The notes under the pieces were generated by a model. That model ran no database searches. It was given only the letters and a program-made list of their open reading frames with translations, and had not been told where the DNA came from. The position numbers and the translations under genes were made by a program. This document shows, piece by piece, positions 18,004 to 27,829 of a stretch of DNA of 64,000 nt. Within the stretch, counting starts at the first letter, position 1. Each line of letters begins with the position of its first letter. The DNA comes from an uncultured Actinomycetota bacterium (GTDB lineage Bacteria > Actinomycetota > UBA4738 > HRBIN12), in the NCBI GenBank assembly GCA_963762015.1, contig CAVXJL010000007.1, positions 408 to 64,407 on the forward strand, in the 5' to 3' direction.

Positions 18004-19815
18004 ATGAGGAAGAAGGGTCAGAAGGTCATCGGGTCATTCGCGCTCGCACTCGTTCTGGGGATGATCCTCCAGGGGGCAGCGATCGGCCAGGACGCGAGTC
18101 CGTCCGCAGACGGCGCAGAGGATGAGAAGGTGAGCTTCACCGTCGGTACCACCAACGACGCGATCACCTTCAACCCGATGTTCATGCTCGAGACACCTGA
18201 GTACGCCACGGCGGACCTGATGTGGGAGACCTTCCTCGGCTGGGAGCAGGAGGACTTCGACACCACTGGCCACCTCGCGACCGACTGGGAGCAAAGCGAC
18301 GATGGGCTGACCTGGACGTTCAACGTCCGCGACGACGTGAAATGGCACGACGGGCAGCCGCTCACGGCGGGCGACATCGCCTACACGTTCAACTGGATCC
18401 TGGATCAGAAGGTCGGCAACTTCATCGACTACCTGCCCTACACGGAAGAGATCACGGCGCCGAACGACACGACCCTCGAGTGGAAGACCACGATCCCGAC
18501 GAGCGCTCCCGTCTACCCCCCGTACGTCTACATCATGCCGGAGCACGTTCTCAGCCAGTACGACAAGAAGTCCGACTTCAAGAAGTGGAAGGGGTTCCCG
18601 GATCCGATCGGGTCGGGACCGTTCAGGCTCGTGGAGTGGCGCCGCGGCGACTTCTGGCGCCTGGAGGCGAACCCCGACTACTGGGGAGGCGCCCCGAAGA
18701 TCGACGAGTTCGTTTTCCGGGTCTTCCAGAACGAGGATGCGGTGATCGAGGCCCTGAAGCAGGGCGAGATCGATTTCGCGGACGAGCTCAGCGCCAACCT
18801 CTTCGACTCGATCACCGACGAGTCGAACATCACGGCGAACGTAGGGAGTCCTTCGTACTTCATCCAGATGAGCTTCAACCAGTGCACAAACGAGGTGGCG
18901 TACTGCAAGGACACCGGCTTCAACCACCACCCCGCGACGCTGGACCCGGACTTCCGACTCGCGGTCGAGTACGCGATCGATCGTGAGGTGCTCGTCGACC
19001 GGGTCAAGCTCGGCTATGGGACACCGGGCGCGACGGTCATCATGCAACCCAAGTGGCATCAAGACCCTCCCGAGTTGGTCACCCACGACCCGGACGAGGC
19101 CAACCGCATCCTCGACGAGGCCGGCTACGCCGACACCGACAACGACGGGATCCGGGAAACGCCGGACGGCGAGCCGATGGAGTTACGGTTCATCGTCCGA
19201 ACGGAGTCTCCGGAGACGGTCGATGCCGGTGAGTTCATCGTGGAGTGGCTCCGCGATATCGGGGTGTCGCTCAAGACCGAGGCCGTCAACGACAACAAGC
19301 TCACCGACACCTGGTACTCGAACGACTACGACATGTACATCTGGGGCTGGGGCGTCGAGCCTGATCCGAACTTCCAGCTCTCCACGTATACGACCTCGCA
19401 ATGCGGGGTCTGGAGCGACACGTGCTACTCGAACCAGGAGTACGACCAGCTCTTCCAGGAGCAGCAGCGCGCCCCGTCCTTGGAGGAGCGGGAGAGCCTC
19501 GTGGCGGAGATGCAGGAGATCCTCTACAACGATCGGCCGGAGATCGTCTTGTGGTACGAGAACTATCTCCAGGCATATCGCAGCGACCTGTGGACCGGGT
19601 TCGTGAAGCAGCCAACCGAAGGGGGCACGATCCTCTTCCAGTACGGCTACTACTCCCTGCTGAACATCCAGCCGGCCTCCGAGGGCGCGGGCACCGACGC
19701 GGGCGACGGGGACGGTGGCATGTCTCCCCTCGTCTGGATCGCGATCGCCGCGGTCTTGATCGTGATCGTCGGCGTGGTGGTCACCAGGAGGCGAGGCGCC
19801 AACGAGGAGGCTTGA
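18004..19815 (+). CDS. ABC transporter substrate-binding protein, family 5 (peptide/nickel type), with C-terminal TM anchor
   Basis: MRKKGQKVIGSFALALVLGMILQGAAIG signal peptide without a lipobox Cys. Family-5 SBP body. C-terminus GDGDGGMSPLVWIAIAAVLIVIVGVVVTRRRGANEEA. ATG 18004 is preferred over GTG 17992 because of AAAGGTG upstream. Confidence 0.85.
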   Translation: MRKKGQKVIGSFALALVLGMILQGAAIGQDASPSADGAEDEKVSFTVGTTNDAITFNPMFMLETPEYATADLMWETFLGWEQEDFDTTGHLATDWEQSDDGLTWTFNVRDDVKWHDGQPLTAGDIAYTFNWILDQKVGNFIDYLPYTEEITAPNDTTLEWKTTIPTSAPVYPPYVYIMPEHVLSQYDKKSDFKKWKGFPDPIGSGPFRLVEWRRGDFWRLEANPDYWGGAPKIDEFVFRVFQNEDAVIEALKQGEIDFADELSANLFDSITDESNITANVGSPSYFIQMSFNQCTNEVAYCKDTGFNHHPATLDPDFRLAVEYAIDREVLVDRVKLGYGTPGATVIMQPKWHQDPPELVTHDPDEANRILDEAGYADTDNDGIRETPDGEPMELRFIVRTESPETVDAGEFIVEWLRDIGVSLKTEAVNDNKLTDTWYSNDYDMYIWGWGVEPDPNFQLSTYTTSQCGVWSDTCYSNQEYDQLFQEQQRAPSLEERESLVAEMQEILYNDRPEIVLWYENYLQAYRSDLWTGFVKQPTEGGTILFQYGYYSLLNIQPASEGAGTDAGDGDGGMSPLVWIAIAAVLIVIVGVVVTRRRGANEEA

Positions 19816-19870
19816 GTAGAAGCGCCTGAATGGAGTCCGAGAAGGAGAGGGAAGGGATCCGACACCGGGG

Positions 19871-20857
19871 GTGGGGACGCGTCAATACGTCATCCGGAAG
19901 ATCCTTCAGGCATTCCTCACGCTGGCCGCGATCTTGGTCTTCAACTTCTTCCTCTTCCGGGTGTGGTCGCCGGGAGATCCGATCACCTTCCTCACCCGCG
20001 GCCAGGGCGCCAACATCTCGCTCGAGGAGCGCGCCGCGCTGATCCATGAGTACGGGCTCGACAAGCCGGTCTTCGGGCAGTTCACCGAGTACCTGAAGGA
20101 CACGGTCACGGGCAAGCTGGGCGTGTCGAGCTTCTACCAGGGCGAGGCGGTGACGTCGGTTTTCTGGCGGTTCCTCCCACCGACCCTGTTGCTGGTCGGG
20201 ATCTCGACCGTCATCTCCATGGTGGTCGGCATCTGGATGGGGATCCGGTCGGGCTGGCGACGGGGGAGCGGCTTCGACCGATTCTCGATGTTCTTCTCCC
20301 TCGTCCTGTACTCGATGCCGGAGTTCTGGCTGGGCATGCTGCTGTTGCTGCTGTTCTCCACGGCCCTCGGATGGTTCCCGGTCGGCGGCCGCGTCTCGAC
20401 GAGCGTGAGCTCGATGGGCACGCTCGAGTACATCACCGACGTCGCCGAGCATCTCTTCCTGCCCGTGCTGACCCTCGCGCTGGGCTATCTGGGCGAGTTC
20501 TACCTCCTGATGCGATCGTCGTTGCTCGATGTCCTGGGGGAGGACTACATCACGACCGCCAGGGCGAAGGGGCTGCTCGAGCGGAACGTCCTGAATCGCC
20601 ATGCCGTTCGTAATGCCCTACTCCCGACCGTCACCCTGATCGCACTCTCGTTCGGGTACGTGATCGGAGGAGCGATCACCGTGGAGGTGGTGTTCTCCTA
20701 CCAGGGGCTCGGCCTTCTCACGTACACCGCGATCCTGGCGAAGGACTTCTGGCTGCTCCAGGGGTTGTTCCTGTTCTTCAGCATCGCCGTCATCGGCTTG
20801 AATCTCGTGTCGGACCTCGTCTATGCGTACCTCGATCCCAGGGTCCGGGAGGCCTAA
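19871..20857 (+). CDS. Peptide ABC transporter permease (DppB/OppB-like)
   Basis: 328 aa, 6 TM. Typical N-terminus YVIRKILQAFLTLAAILVFNF. Confidence 0.85.
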   Translation: MGTRQYVIRKILQAFLTLAAILVFNFFLFRVWSPGDPITFLTRGQGANISLEERAALIHEYGLDKPVFGQFTEYLKDTVTGKLGVSSFYQGEAVTSVFWRFLPPTLLLVGISTVISMVVGIWMGIRSGWRRGSGFDRFSMFFSLVLYSMPEFWLGMLLLLLFSTALGWFPVGGRVSTSVSSMGTLEYITDVAEHLFLPVLTLALGYLGEFYLLMRSSLLDVLGEDYITTARAKGLLERNVLNRHAVRNALLPTVTLIALSFGYVIGGAITVEVVFSYQGLGLLTYTAILAKDFWLLQGLFLFFSIAVIGLNLVSDLVYAYLDPRVREA

Positions 20858-20860
20858 CCG

Positions 20861-21823
20861 ATGCAAACACCACCGCTCCACGTCGGTGAACCACCCTTCA
20901 TGCCGATCATGGAAGGCGAGGAGCCGCCGCCACCGCCGGGGTCGCCGCGCCAGATCACGTGGGCTCGTCGGCGAGCCGCGCTCCGTCGCTTCTGGGTCGC
21001 CTTCCGGAACGACAAGATGGGCGTCGCCGGACTGTCGATCCTCGTGTTCTTCCTCGGCGTCGCGATCTACGCGGTCTTCGCCGATAGGACCGGCCTCAGC
21101 ATCACGGAGGCCATCGGACCCCGGCTCGATCCACCGAGCCTGGAGTACCCGTTCGGCACCGACGATCAGGGTCGGTCGGTGCTGACCCTCACGCTCCACG
21201 GCTCGAAGATCTCACTCCTGGTCGGCCTTTCGGCGACCGTCATCACGATGGTGATCGGCTCTGCCGTCGGTCTGATCGCCGGCTTCCGAGGTGGGTGGGT
21301 CGATCAGCTCCTGATGCGGATCACGGACTGGGGGCTCGTGATCCCATGGCTGATGCTGGCGATCTCGCTCGCGTCGATCTTCGGGCAGTCGTTGCTCATG
21401 ATCATCCTTGTGATCGGTCTCACCACGTGGCCGAGCACCGCGCGCCTCGTCCGCTCGCAGACCCTGTCGGTGAAGGAGCGCCCCTACGTCGAACGGGCAC
21501 GTGCCCTTGGAGCCTCCAACTGGCACCTCGTCACCCGGCACGTGTTGCCGAACGTGATGCCGGTGATCATGGCCAACACCGTCCTGATCGTGGCGATCGC
21601 GATCCTGTCAGAGACCGCGCTCTCGTTCCTGGGACTCGGCGATCCGCTCAGCAAGTCCTGGGGCTCGGTCCTCGAAAGGGCCTCGAGCGGGGGGGCCGCG
21701 ACCCAGGGGGCGTGGTGGTGGCTGGGTGCTCCGGGGCTCTGCATCGTGCTGGTCGTCCTCTCTTTCACGATGATCGGGTTCGCACTCGACCAGATCATCA
21801 ACCCGAGGCTGCGCGAACGATGA
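20861..21823 (+). CDS. Peptide ABC transporter permease (DppC/OppC-like)
   Basis: 320 aa. Typical FGTDDQGRSVL motif and a BPD-type transmembrane domain. Confidence 0.85.
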   Translation: MQTPPLHVGEPPFMPIMEGEEPPPPPGSPRQITWARRRAALRRFWVAFRNDKMGVAGLSILVFFLGVAIYAVFADRTGLSITEAIGPRLDPPSLEYPFGTDDQGRSVLTLTLHGSKISLLVGLSATVITMVIGSAVGLIAGFRGGWVDQLLMRITDWGLVIPWLMLAISLASIFGQSLLMIILVIGLTTWPSTARLVRSQTLSVKERPYVERARALGASNWHLVTRHVLPNVMPVIMANTVLIVAIAILSETALSFLGLGDPLSKSWGSVLERASSGGAATQGAWWWLGAPGLCIVLVVLSFTMIGFALDQIINPRLRER

Positions 21824-22809
21824 GCGTCCTATCCGTGCGGGACCTTCGAGTCTCGTACCGAACGTCCTCCGGCGACGTCCCGGCGGTCCGTGGCGTCGAC
21901 CTCGAGATCCCGAAAGGCCAGGTCCTCGGGCTCGCCGGCGAGTCGGGCTGCGGCAAGTCCACGATCGCCGCGGCGATCTTGAGATTGCTCCCTCGACGGA
22001 CCGTCATCGAGGGGCAGGTCCTCCTGAACGGGGAGGACATCCTGGCGATGTCTCCCCGGAAGCTCCGCGCGGTTCGCTGGGCGGGGGCCTCGATCATCTT
22101 CCAGGGCGCGATGCATGCCCTGAATCCGGTGAAACGGGTGGGGGATCAGATCGCGGAGGCGGTCGAGACCCACGGGCTCGCCCGCGACCGGGAAGCGCGC
22201 GTCCGTGCGGGCGATCTCTTGGAGGAAGTGGGCCTCCCTGCCCGACGGAGCAACGACTATCCGCACGAACTCTCCGGCGGCCAACGCCAACGGGTGATGA
22301 TCGCGATGGCGCTCGCCTGCGGGCCGGACCTCGTGATCGCCGACGAGCCGACGACCGCACTCGACGTCATGGTTCAGACTCAGGTCCTGTCGCTGCTCAA
22401 GCGGCTCCAGCGCGAGTTCGGGCTCGCGATGCTCTTCATCACACATGACCTGTCCGTCCTCGGCGAGGTGAGCGACCGGCTCGCGGTGATGTACGCCGGC
22501 AAGATCGTCGAGGAGGGACCGGCGCAGTCCGTCTTCCTCGATCCACAGCACCCCTACACGGGAGCGCTCGCGGCCGCGTTCCCCGCGATCGGGGATCGGC
22601 GTTTCCGAAAGCATCCATCCGGACTCGGCGGTGACCCACCCGATCCGCAGCGGATCCCGTCCGGCTGCCCCTTCCACCCGAGATGCCCCGTTGCCTTCGA
22701 GGCGTGTCCTTCGACCGTTCCGTGGCTCTTCGGGGCGGGTGCCGACCGGCGGGCCGCTTGCCTGTTGGTGGAAGGGGCCCTCGCCGAGGCGACCGAGGGT
22801 GCGAAATGA
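21820..22809 (+). CDS. Peptide ABC transporter ATP-binding protein (OppD-like)
   Basis: The ATG at 21820 overlaps the upstream stop (ATGA). Walker [10 protein letters not shown], signature LSGGQRQRV and the C-terminal oligopeptide-ATPase motif GCPFHPRCP. Confidence 0.85.
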   Translation: MSVLSVRDLRVSYRTSSGDVPAVRGVDLEIPKGQVLGLAGESGCGKSTIAAAILRLLPRRTVIEGQVLLNGEDILAMSPRKLRAVRWAGASIIFQGAMHALNPVKRVGDQIAEAVETHGLARDREARVRAGDLLEEVGLPARRSNDYPHELSGGQRQRVMIAMALACGPDLVIADEPTTALDVMVQTQVLSLLKRLQREFGLAMLFITHDLSVLGEVSDRLAVMYAGKIVEEGPAQSVFLDPQHPYTGALAAAFPAIGDRRFRKHPSGLGGDPPDPQRIPSGCPFHPRCPVAFEACPSTVPWLFGAGADRRAACLLVEGALAEATEGAK

Positions 22810-23918
22810 CCAGGTCGCAGCCGGGACTCCCCGACGACCCGGCCTCCCCACCCATCCTCGAGATCCGGGACCTCTCCGTCACCTTCGCCGGGCGGATCGG
22901 CCTCCTCTCGGGCCTCCTGGGGCGTTCGGGATCGGAGGCGCGAGCCGTGGACGGCGTCAACCTGGAGGTCCGTCGGGGCGAGGTGCTCGCGCTCGCTGGC
23001 GAATCGGGGTGCGGCAAGACCACGATCGCGAGAACCGTGCTCGGGCTGATCAAGCCCAAACGTGGCCAGATCCTCTTCGAGGGCGAGCCATTGGGCAGGA
23101 ACCTCCAGGCGTACCGGCGACGCGTGCAGATGGTGTTCCAGGACCCCACCGGCTCCCTCAATCCCCGGCAGACGATCTACGAAATCGTGGCCGAAGGGCT
23201 TCGGATCCGACTCGATCCACCGAGGGCCCGCGGGTGAGTCGGAGGAGGAGCTCGTGGCTCGGGCATTGAGCAGAGCCGGTCTCAGACCTCCGGAACGATT
23301 CTTCATGCTCTATCCACACGAGCTGTCCGGGGGTCAGCGCCAGCGAGTGGTGATCGCCGGCGCTCTCGTCCTTGAGCCCGAGCTGATCGTCGCGGACGAG
23401 CCCGTCTCCAGCCTCGACGCCTCAGTCCGCGGAGAGATCCTGAGCCTGCTCTTGAAACTCCGCGATGAGATGCAGATCAGCATCCTGATCGTCACCCATG
23501 ACCTGGGCCTTGCGTGGACGGTGGCCGATCGTGTGGCAGTCATGTACCTCGGGCGGATCGTCGAGACGGGGCCCGCCGAGGAAGTGTTGCTGCGGCCTCT
23601 CCATCCGTACACCCGGGCGCTCCTCGACGTGGTACCCGAGCCGGGGGGATCGATCGCCCCTACCTGATCGGCGAGCCTCCGGATCCGACGAACGTGCCTC
23701 CTGGCTGCAGGTTCCACCCGCGATGCCCTCGGGTCGCCGACCAGACCGCCGCGCGGCTCGGCGTGGAGGGCCTCTGCCGGGGCGAAGACCTCGGTTTGGT
23801 GGAGCTTCGCCCCGGCCACCTCGCGGCCTGTCACGTGGCGAACGTCGATCCCGATGCAGCAACGGGCCAGGGCGATTCCGGCGTCGAGGCGGCAGGTCCG
23901 GAAACGTCGCGCTCCTAG
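22806..23918 (+). pseudogene. Peptide ABC transporter ATP-binding protein (OppF-like) with two frame breaks
   Basis: Walker [10 protein letters not shown] lies in ORF 22683..23237. LSGGQRQRV and Walker B IVADEP lie in ORF 23062..23667. The C-terminal GCRFHPRCP lies in ORF 23514..23918. Breaks are near 23225-23240 and 23650. The ATG at 22806 overlaps the OppD stop. Confidence 0.7.
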
Positions 23919-23997
23919 CTCGGGGCAGCCGATGTGGTTCCCACGACGGAACTCGGCTCCCGCAGGTCGGCGTCGCGCGACCCGTCAGGGAGCGAGG

Positions 23998-24732
23998 TCA
24001 GGATCGCTCGACCCGCTCGACCTGCTCGACCTGCTCGACTTGCTCTACCGGATCACGCTCGTCCCGTTCGTCCCGCTCCTGCTCGGCGCGCGGTTCGGCA
24101 GGGACGTGATCTCCGTTGTTGCCCTTCAGCACACCGAGGATCGCCTCCATCTCGGAATCGGGCAGTCGCTGGTCGGGGTGCATACCCGTGGCACGCGCGG
24201 ATGCGAGCAGGGTTCTGAGGTTGGACTCGGCCATCTCGACCCGATGCTCCAGCTCCCGAGCGCGTTCCGCGAGGCCGCGGGCACGCCGCTCGGCCTCGGC
24301 GCGCATCTCCCTGTTCTGACGGGCTTCCTCTCGGGACGTCTTGAGCTGGGCACGGAGTAGGGACACCTCCTGACCCAGCTCGACCAGGCGATCCACGGTC
24401 GCCCGGCCCAGGTCCGAATAGGCCAGGCCACCACGACGTGCCGCGCCCGGATCCTCCGGCCGCTTCCGGGAGCGTCTGCCTCTGCGCTCGATCGTCTCCC
24501 GTTCTCCCTCCATGACCGGGGTCTGGTCCAGGAGGCGGTATGAACCACCGGCCGGCTCCAGGCGGCGCCGCGCCACCAATGCCCTCACTGCGCGCGCGAT
24601 CGACAATGGATCCGGGAAACCCAATTCCCTGCCAAGCTCCGCAGGAGTGGCTTCCAGCAGTTCCCCCTTCTCTGTGCGCTCCGCGACAGCGGCGAGGAAT
24701 GCATTGACGCGCTCGAGACTCTGCTCGTTCAC
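23998..24732 (-). CDS. Hypothetical protein: N-terminal winged-helix-like segment, central coiled coil, acidic repeat tail
   Basis: GTG at 24732 is preceded by GGGAGAA. 244 aa. The N-terminal section reads like a wHTH (ATPAELGRELGFPDPLSIARAVRALVARRRLE). The middle is Arg/Glu-rich heptad-like. The C-terminus is ...VEQVEQVEQVERVERS. Confidence 0.55.
   Translation of the reverse strand: MNEQSLERVNAFLAAVAERTEKGELLEATPAELGRELGFPDPLSIARAVRALVARRRLEPAGGSYRLLDQTPVMEGERETIERRGRRSRKRPEDPGAARRGGLAYSDLGRATVDRLVELGQEVSLLRAQLKTSREEARQNREMRAEAERRARGLAERARELEHRVEMAESNLRTLLASARATGMHPDQRLPDSEMEAILGVLKGNNGDHVPAEPRAEQERDERDERDPVEQVEQVEQVERVERS
24006..24050. repeat. 9-bp in-frame tandem repeat (about 5 units)
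   Basis: GCTCGACCC / GCTCGACCT / GCTCGACCT / GCTCGACTT / GCTCTACCG. It encodes the (VEQ)n tail of the minus-strand gene. Confidence 0.85.
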
Positions 24733-24811
24733 AGACGGATTCTCCCTGATTGTCAGGTCAACGCGCCAGTTGTGCGGAAGCACACCAAGTGAGGGCAGTA
24801 GGCTCCGCTCC

Positions 24812-25954
24812 GTGGATCCCCTTCCCCTGTCCGGTATCCGCGTCCTGGACCTCTCCCGGGTGCTCGCCGGGCCGCTTGCGACCCAGATCCTGGGCGATCT
24901 TGGCGCCGACGTCGTCAAGGTCGAGCGTCCCGGCGAAGGCGACGACACGCGTCAGTGGGGGCCTCCCTTCGTGGGATCGGACGCCGCCTATTACCTCTCC
25001 CTCAACAGGAACAAGCGCTCGGTGACGGTCGACCTCAAGACCGCGGAGGGAGTCGACGCGATCCGCCGGCTCGCGAGCGGTTCGGATGTCCTGATCGAGA
25101 ACTTCCGCCCTGGTCTCATGGCCGACGTCGGGCTGATCCCCGAGGATCTCCGTCGAACCACGCCCGGCCTGATCACGTGTTCGTTGACGGCCTTCAACGA
25201 CGAAGTGCCGGACGCCGCGCGTCGTCCGGGCTACGACATCATGGTCCAGGCATTGTCCGGACTCATGAGCGTCACCGGCGAGCCGGACGGAGAACCGGTG
25301 AAGGCCGGCGTGGCGCTCCTGGACGTCATCACGGGGTTGCAGGCCGCGATCGGCATCCTCGCAGCCCTCCACGAGCGGGCCCGAACCGGTCGGGGAAGAC
25401 ACGTGAGCGTGTCGCTCTTCGACGCCAGCGCCGCCGCCATGGTGAACCAGGCCGCCAATCACCTGATCGGGGGGATCGTTCCTGGGCCTATGGGCACGGC
25501 ACACCCGAACATCTGTCCGTACCAGGCGTTCCGTGCTTCGGACCGACCGTTCATCCTCGCGGCGGGGAACGACAGACTGTTCCGGCGAACCTGTGAGGTG
25601 GTCGGGCACGCGGAGTGGGCGGACGATCCTCGGTACGCGACGAACCAGGCGCGCGTGCGCCATCGCGACGAGCTCATCCCTCTCCTCCACGGGTCCTTCG
25701 CGACGAAGACCGCCGCCGAGTGGATCGAGGAGCTCGAAGCGGCTTCCGTTCCCTGCGCCCCGATCCGGGCGATGGACGAGGTCTTTTCCTCGCCGGAAGG
25801 CGCTGCGCTCGTGGAGTCGGTGTCCGACGACGCACGGGGGACGACACTTCGCCTCGTCCGAAATCCCATCCGATTCGACGGCCGGGCCCTGGACACGAGG
25901 CGAGCTCCGCCGCTGCTCGGGGAACACACCGACGAGGTCATGCGCGAGACGTGA
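24812..25954 (+). CDS. Family III CoA-transferase (CaiB/BaiF-type)
   Basis: GIRVLDLSRVLAGPLATQILGDLGADVVKVE N-terminus and a family-typical length from GTG 24812. Confidence 0.85.
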   Translation: MDPLPLSGIRVLDLSRVLAGPLATQILGDLGADVVKVERPGEGDDTRQWGPPFVGSDAAYYLSLNRNKRSVTVDLKTAEGVDAIRRLASGSDVLIENFRPGLMADVGLIPEDLRRTTPGLITCSLTAFNDEVPDAARRPGYDIMVQALSGLMSVTGEPDGEPVKAGVALLDVITGLQAAIGILAALHERARTGRGRHVSVSLFDASAAAMVNQAANHLIGGIVPGPMGTAHPNICPYQAFRASDRPFILAAGNDRLFRRTCEVVGHAEWADDPRYATNQARVRHRDELIPLLHGSFATKTAAEWIEELEAASVPCAPIRAMDEVFSSPEGAALVESVSDDARGTTLRLVRNPIRFDGRALDTRRAPPLLGEHTDEVMRET

Positions 25955-26788
25955 CCGCACTCGAACGATGGCGGGAGGGACTCGAGAGCTGGGCGATCCC
26001 GCCCGACATCGTCGCCGCCGCTCCCGAGTCCCCCTACGGCTTCCCCGCGGAGCTCTTCCGCACCCGCGGCGAGCGGACGGACGACCCGGCGGATCCCTCG
26101 CCGACCAGCATGCGAGCGCTCGAGGGACTTCCCGAGAGGGGTCGCGTACTCGACGTCGGCTGCGGAGGAGGCGCCACCTCGCTCCCCCTCGCCGGCCGCG
26201 CGGGCGTGCTGGTCGGCGTCGATGCGCAGGAGGACATGCTCGATGGCTTCCTGGCGAACGCCCGCGCGGCCGGCGTCGAGGCCGAAGCCGTGCACGGGCG
26301 ATGGCCCGACGTCGCCGACCGGGTCGGCCCGGTGGACGTGGCGGTGGCGGGGCACGTCCTCTACAACGTGGCCGATCTCGAACCCTTCGCGCGGAGGCTC
26401 GCGACCGTCGCTCGACGCCGGGTCGTCTACGAGCTCACCGAGCGCCACCCTCTTCGCTGGATGAACGATCTCTGGCTCCGGTTCCATGACGTCGAGCGCC
26501 CCGATGGACCGACGGCCACCGATGCGCTCGAGGCTCTTGCGGAGCTCGGCGACGATGTTCGGATGGAGCTCTGGTCGGCGCCTCCGCGAGGTGGAGGCTT
26601 CGATCGAAGAGCGCGATGCCGTCGCGCTCATCCGGCGACGTCTCTGCCTCGACGCGAGTCGCGACGACGAGCTGGTCGAGGCCCTCGGGACTCGGCTCGG
26701 AGAGCGCGATGGGCTCTGGAGCGCAGGGCCGGCGGATCAGCGCCTCGCGACGATCCTCGTCACGCGCGTCGAAGCCGGATCCTCGTGA
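25951..26788 (+). pseudogene. Class I SAM-dependent methyltransferase with one frame break near the 3' end
   Basis: The GTG at 25951 overlaps the CoA-transferase stop (GTGA). SAM motif RVLDVGCGGG. After ...VRMELWSAPP the sense continues in ORF 26486..26788 (REVEASIEERDAVALIRRRL...). The break is near 26585. Confidence 0.65.
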
Positions 26789-27365
26789 AGGACGCGTAGA
26801 TCTCGTCCGCGGGATCCTCGATCCGCTTCGGCTTGCTCGCCTCGGCATCGGCTCGTTCGGGGATCGAGAAGCGAAGCGTGGTCAGCGTCTTGAGGAATCC
26901 ACCCAGGTCTTGGGACCCCACCGGCCGCCGATCCCCTTCGCGGAACCGGAGATCGAGTTCGCCGGCGTCGCGGCGACCGAAGATGAGGACGACGACTCGG
27001 CGAGCCTGGACCTGCGCCGAGGGGAAATCGCACCTCGCGCCAGGCCGGAGTCGCGCGATCGCACGCCCCTCAACCCGACCGGACTCCGTGAGCCGGATCT
27101 GCCCTCGCGCGCGCCAGTCGCTCGTGCAGGAACCGCCGACGCGGTAGGTGTGTGTGGTCCGGCTCGACATCGTGAGCTGCCAGCGGACGAGCTCAGGCTC
27201 CGACGGGCTCGGGCTTGGGCTCCCGCTGGGAACGGGGCCCGCGTCACGCACGCCCGGCGGGAACGGGTTGGAACGCGATGCGATGAACGCGCCGACACCG
27301 GCGCATGCCAGGAGGATCCCCACCCACATGAGCGTCTTCGTCCATCCACGCACGGATGGCATCAT
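26760..27365 (-). CDS. Hypothetical membrane-anchored protein
   Basis: 201 aa. N-terminal TM (TLMWVGILLACAGVGAFIA), a Pro/Ser linker, then a beta-rich-looking domain with 2 Cys. No recognisable family. Confidence 0.5.
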   Translation of the reverse strand: MMPSVRGWTKTLMWVGILLACAGVGAFIASRSNPFPPGVRDAGPVPSGSPSPSPSEPELVRWQLTMSSRTTHTYRVGGSCTSDWRARGQIRLTESGRVEGRAIARLRPGARCDFPSAQVQARRVVVLIFGRRDAGELDLRFREGDRRPVGSQDLGGFLKTLTTLRFSIPERADAEASKPKRIEDPADEIYASFTRIRLRRA

Positions 27366-27387
27366 CTCGCAGCCGCGCGGGTCCTCT

Positions 27388-27795
27388 CTAGTAGCCGAGC
27401 CCGGTCAACAATGCCCGGAGCGTGAGCCCGAAGCTGATGAACGAGGCCCAGGCGAAGGGGACCCACGACCGAAGGGGCCGGTCGATCCCGATCACTCGCG
27501 CGTCGCCCGCCCTCGCCACCACGTGGGCGAAGACGAAGAGCAGCAGCGGAAGGTACCCGTAGACGTAGTGCAGGGTGCCCCCGAGGACTCCACCGGTTTC
27601 GAGGCGGCGTCCGAGAACGAGCAGGATGGTGCCGAGGAGCGCCTGCGCGCCGGCGACCACCTGCGCAACCGCGAGCCACATCCAGTAGCCGTCTCCGGGT
27701 TCGCGACGGGCGATCTTGGCCCCCAGTCCCCAGATCCACCCGAGGGCGAAGATCGCGACGACCGCGAACCCGATGACTCGATGCAATGCCGACAC
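27388..27795 (-). CDS. Hypothetical 4-TM membrane protein
   Basis: 135 aa with four hydrophobic helices and coding-like composition. No recognisable family. Confidence 0.55.
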   Translation of the reverse strand: MSALHRVIGFAVVAIFALGWIWGLGAKIARREPGDGYWMWLAVAQVVAGAQALLGTILLVLGRRLETGGVLGGTLHYVYGYLPLLLFVFAHVVARAGDARVIGIDRPLRSWVPFAWASFISFGLTLRALLTGLGY

Positions 27796-27829
27796 GGCGC
27801 GGATACTACGGACCCCGAGAAGCGAGGAC

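Noticed and set aside
24006-24050. Possible CRISPR-like or other non-coding repeat arrays (also 62108-62193 and 51888-52142)
   Set aside because: All are in-frame coding repeats of 9 bp, about 15 bp and about 78 bp with no spacers. No cas genes are present.
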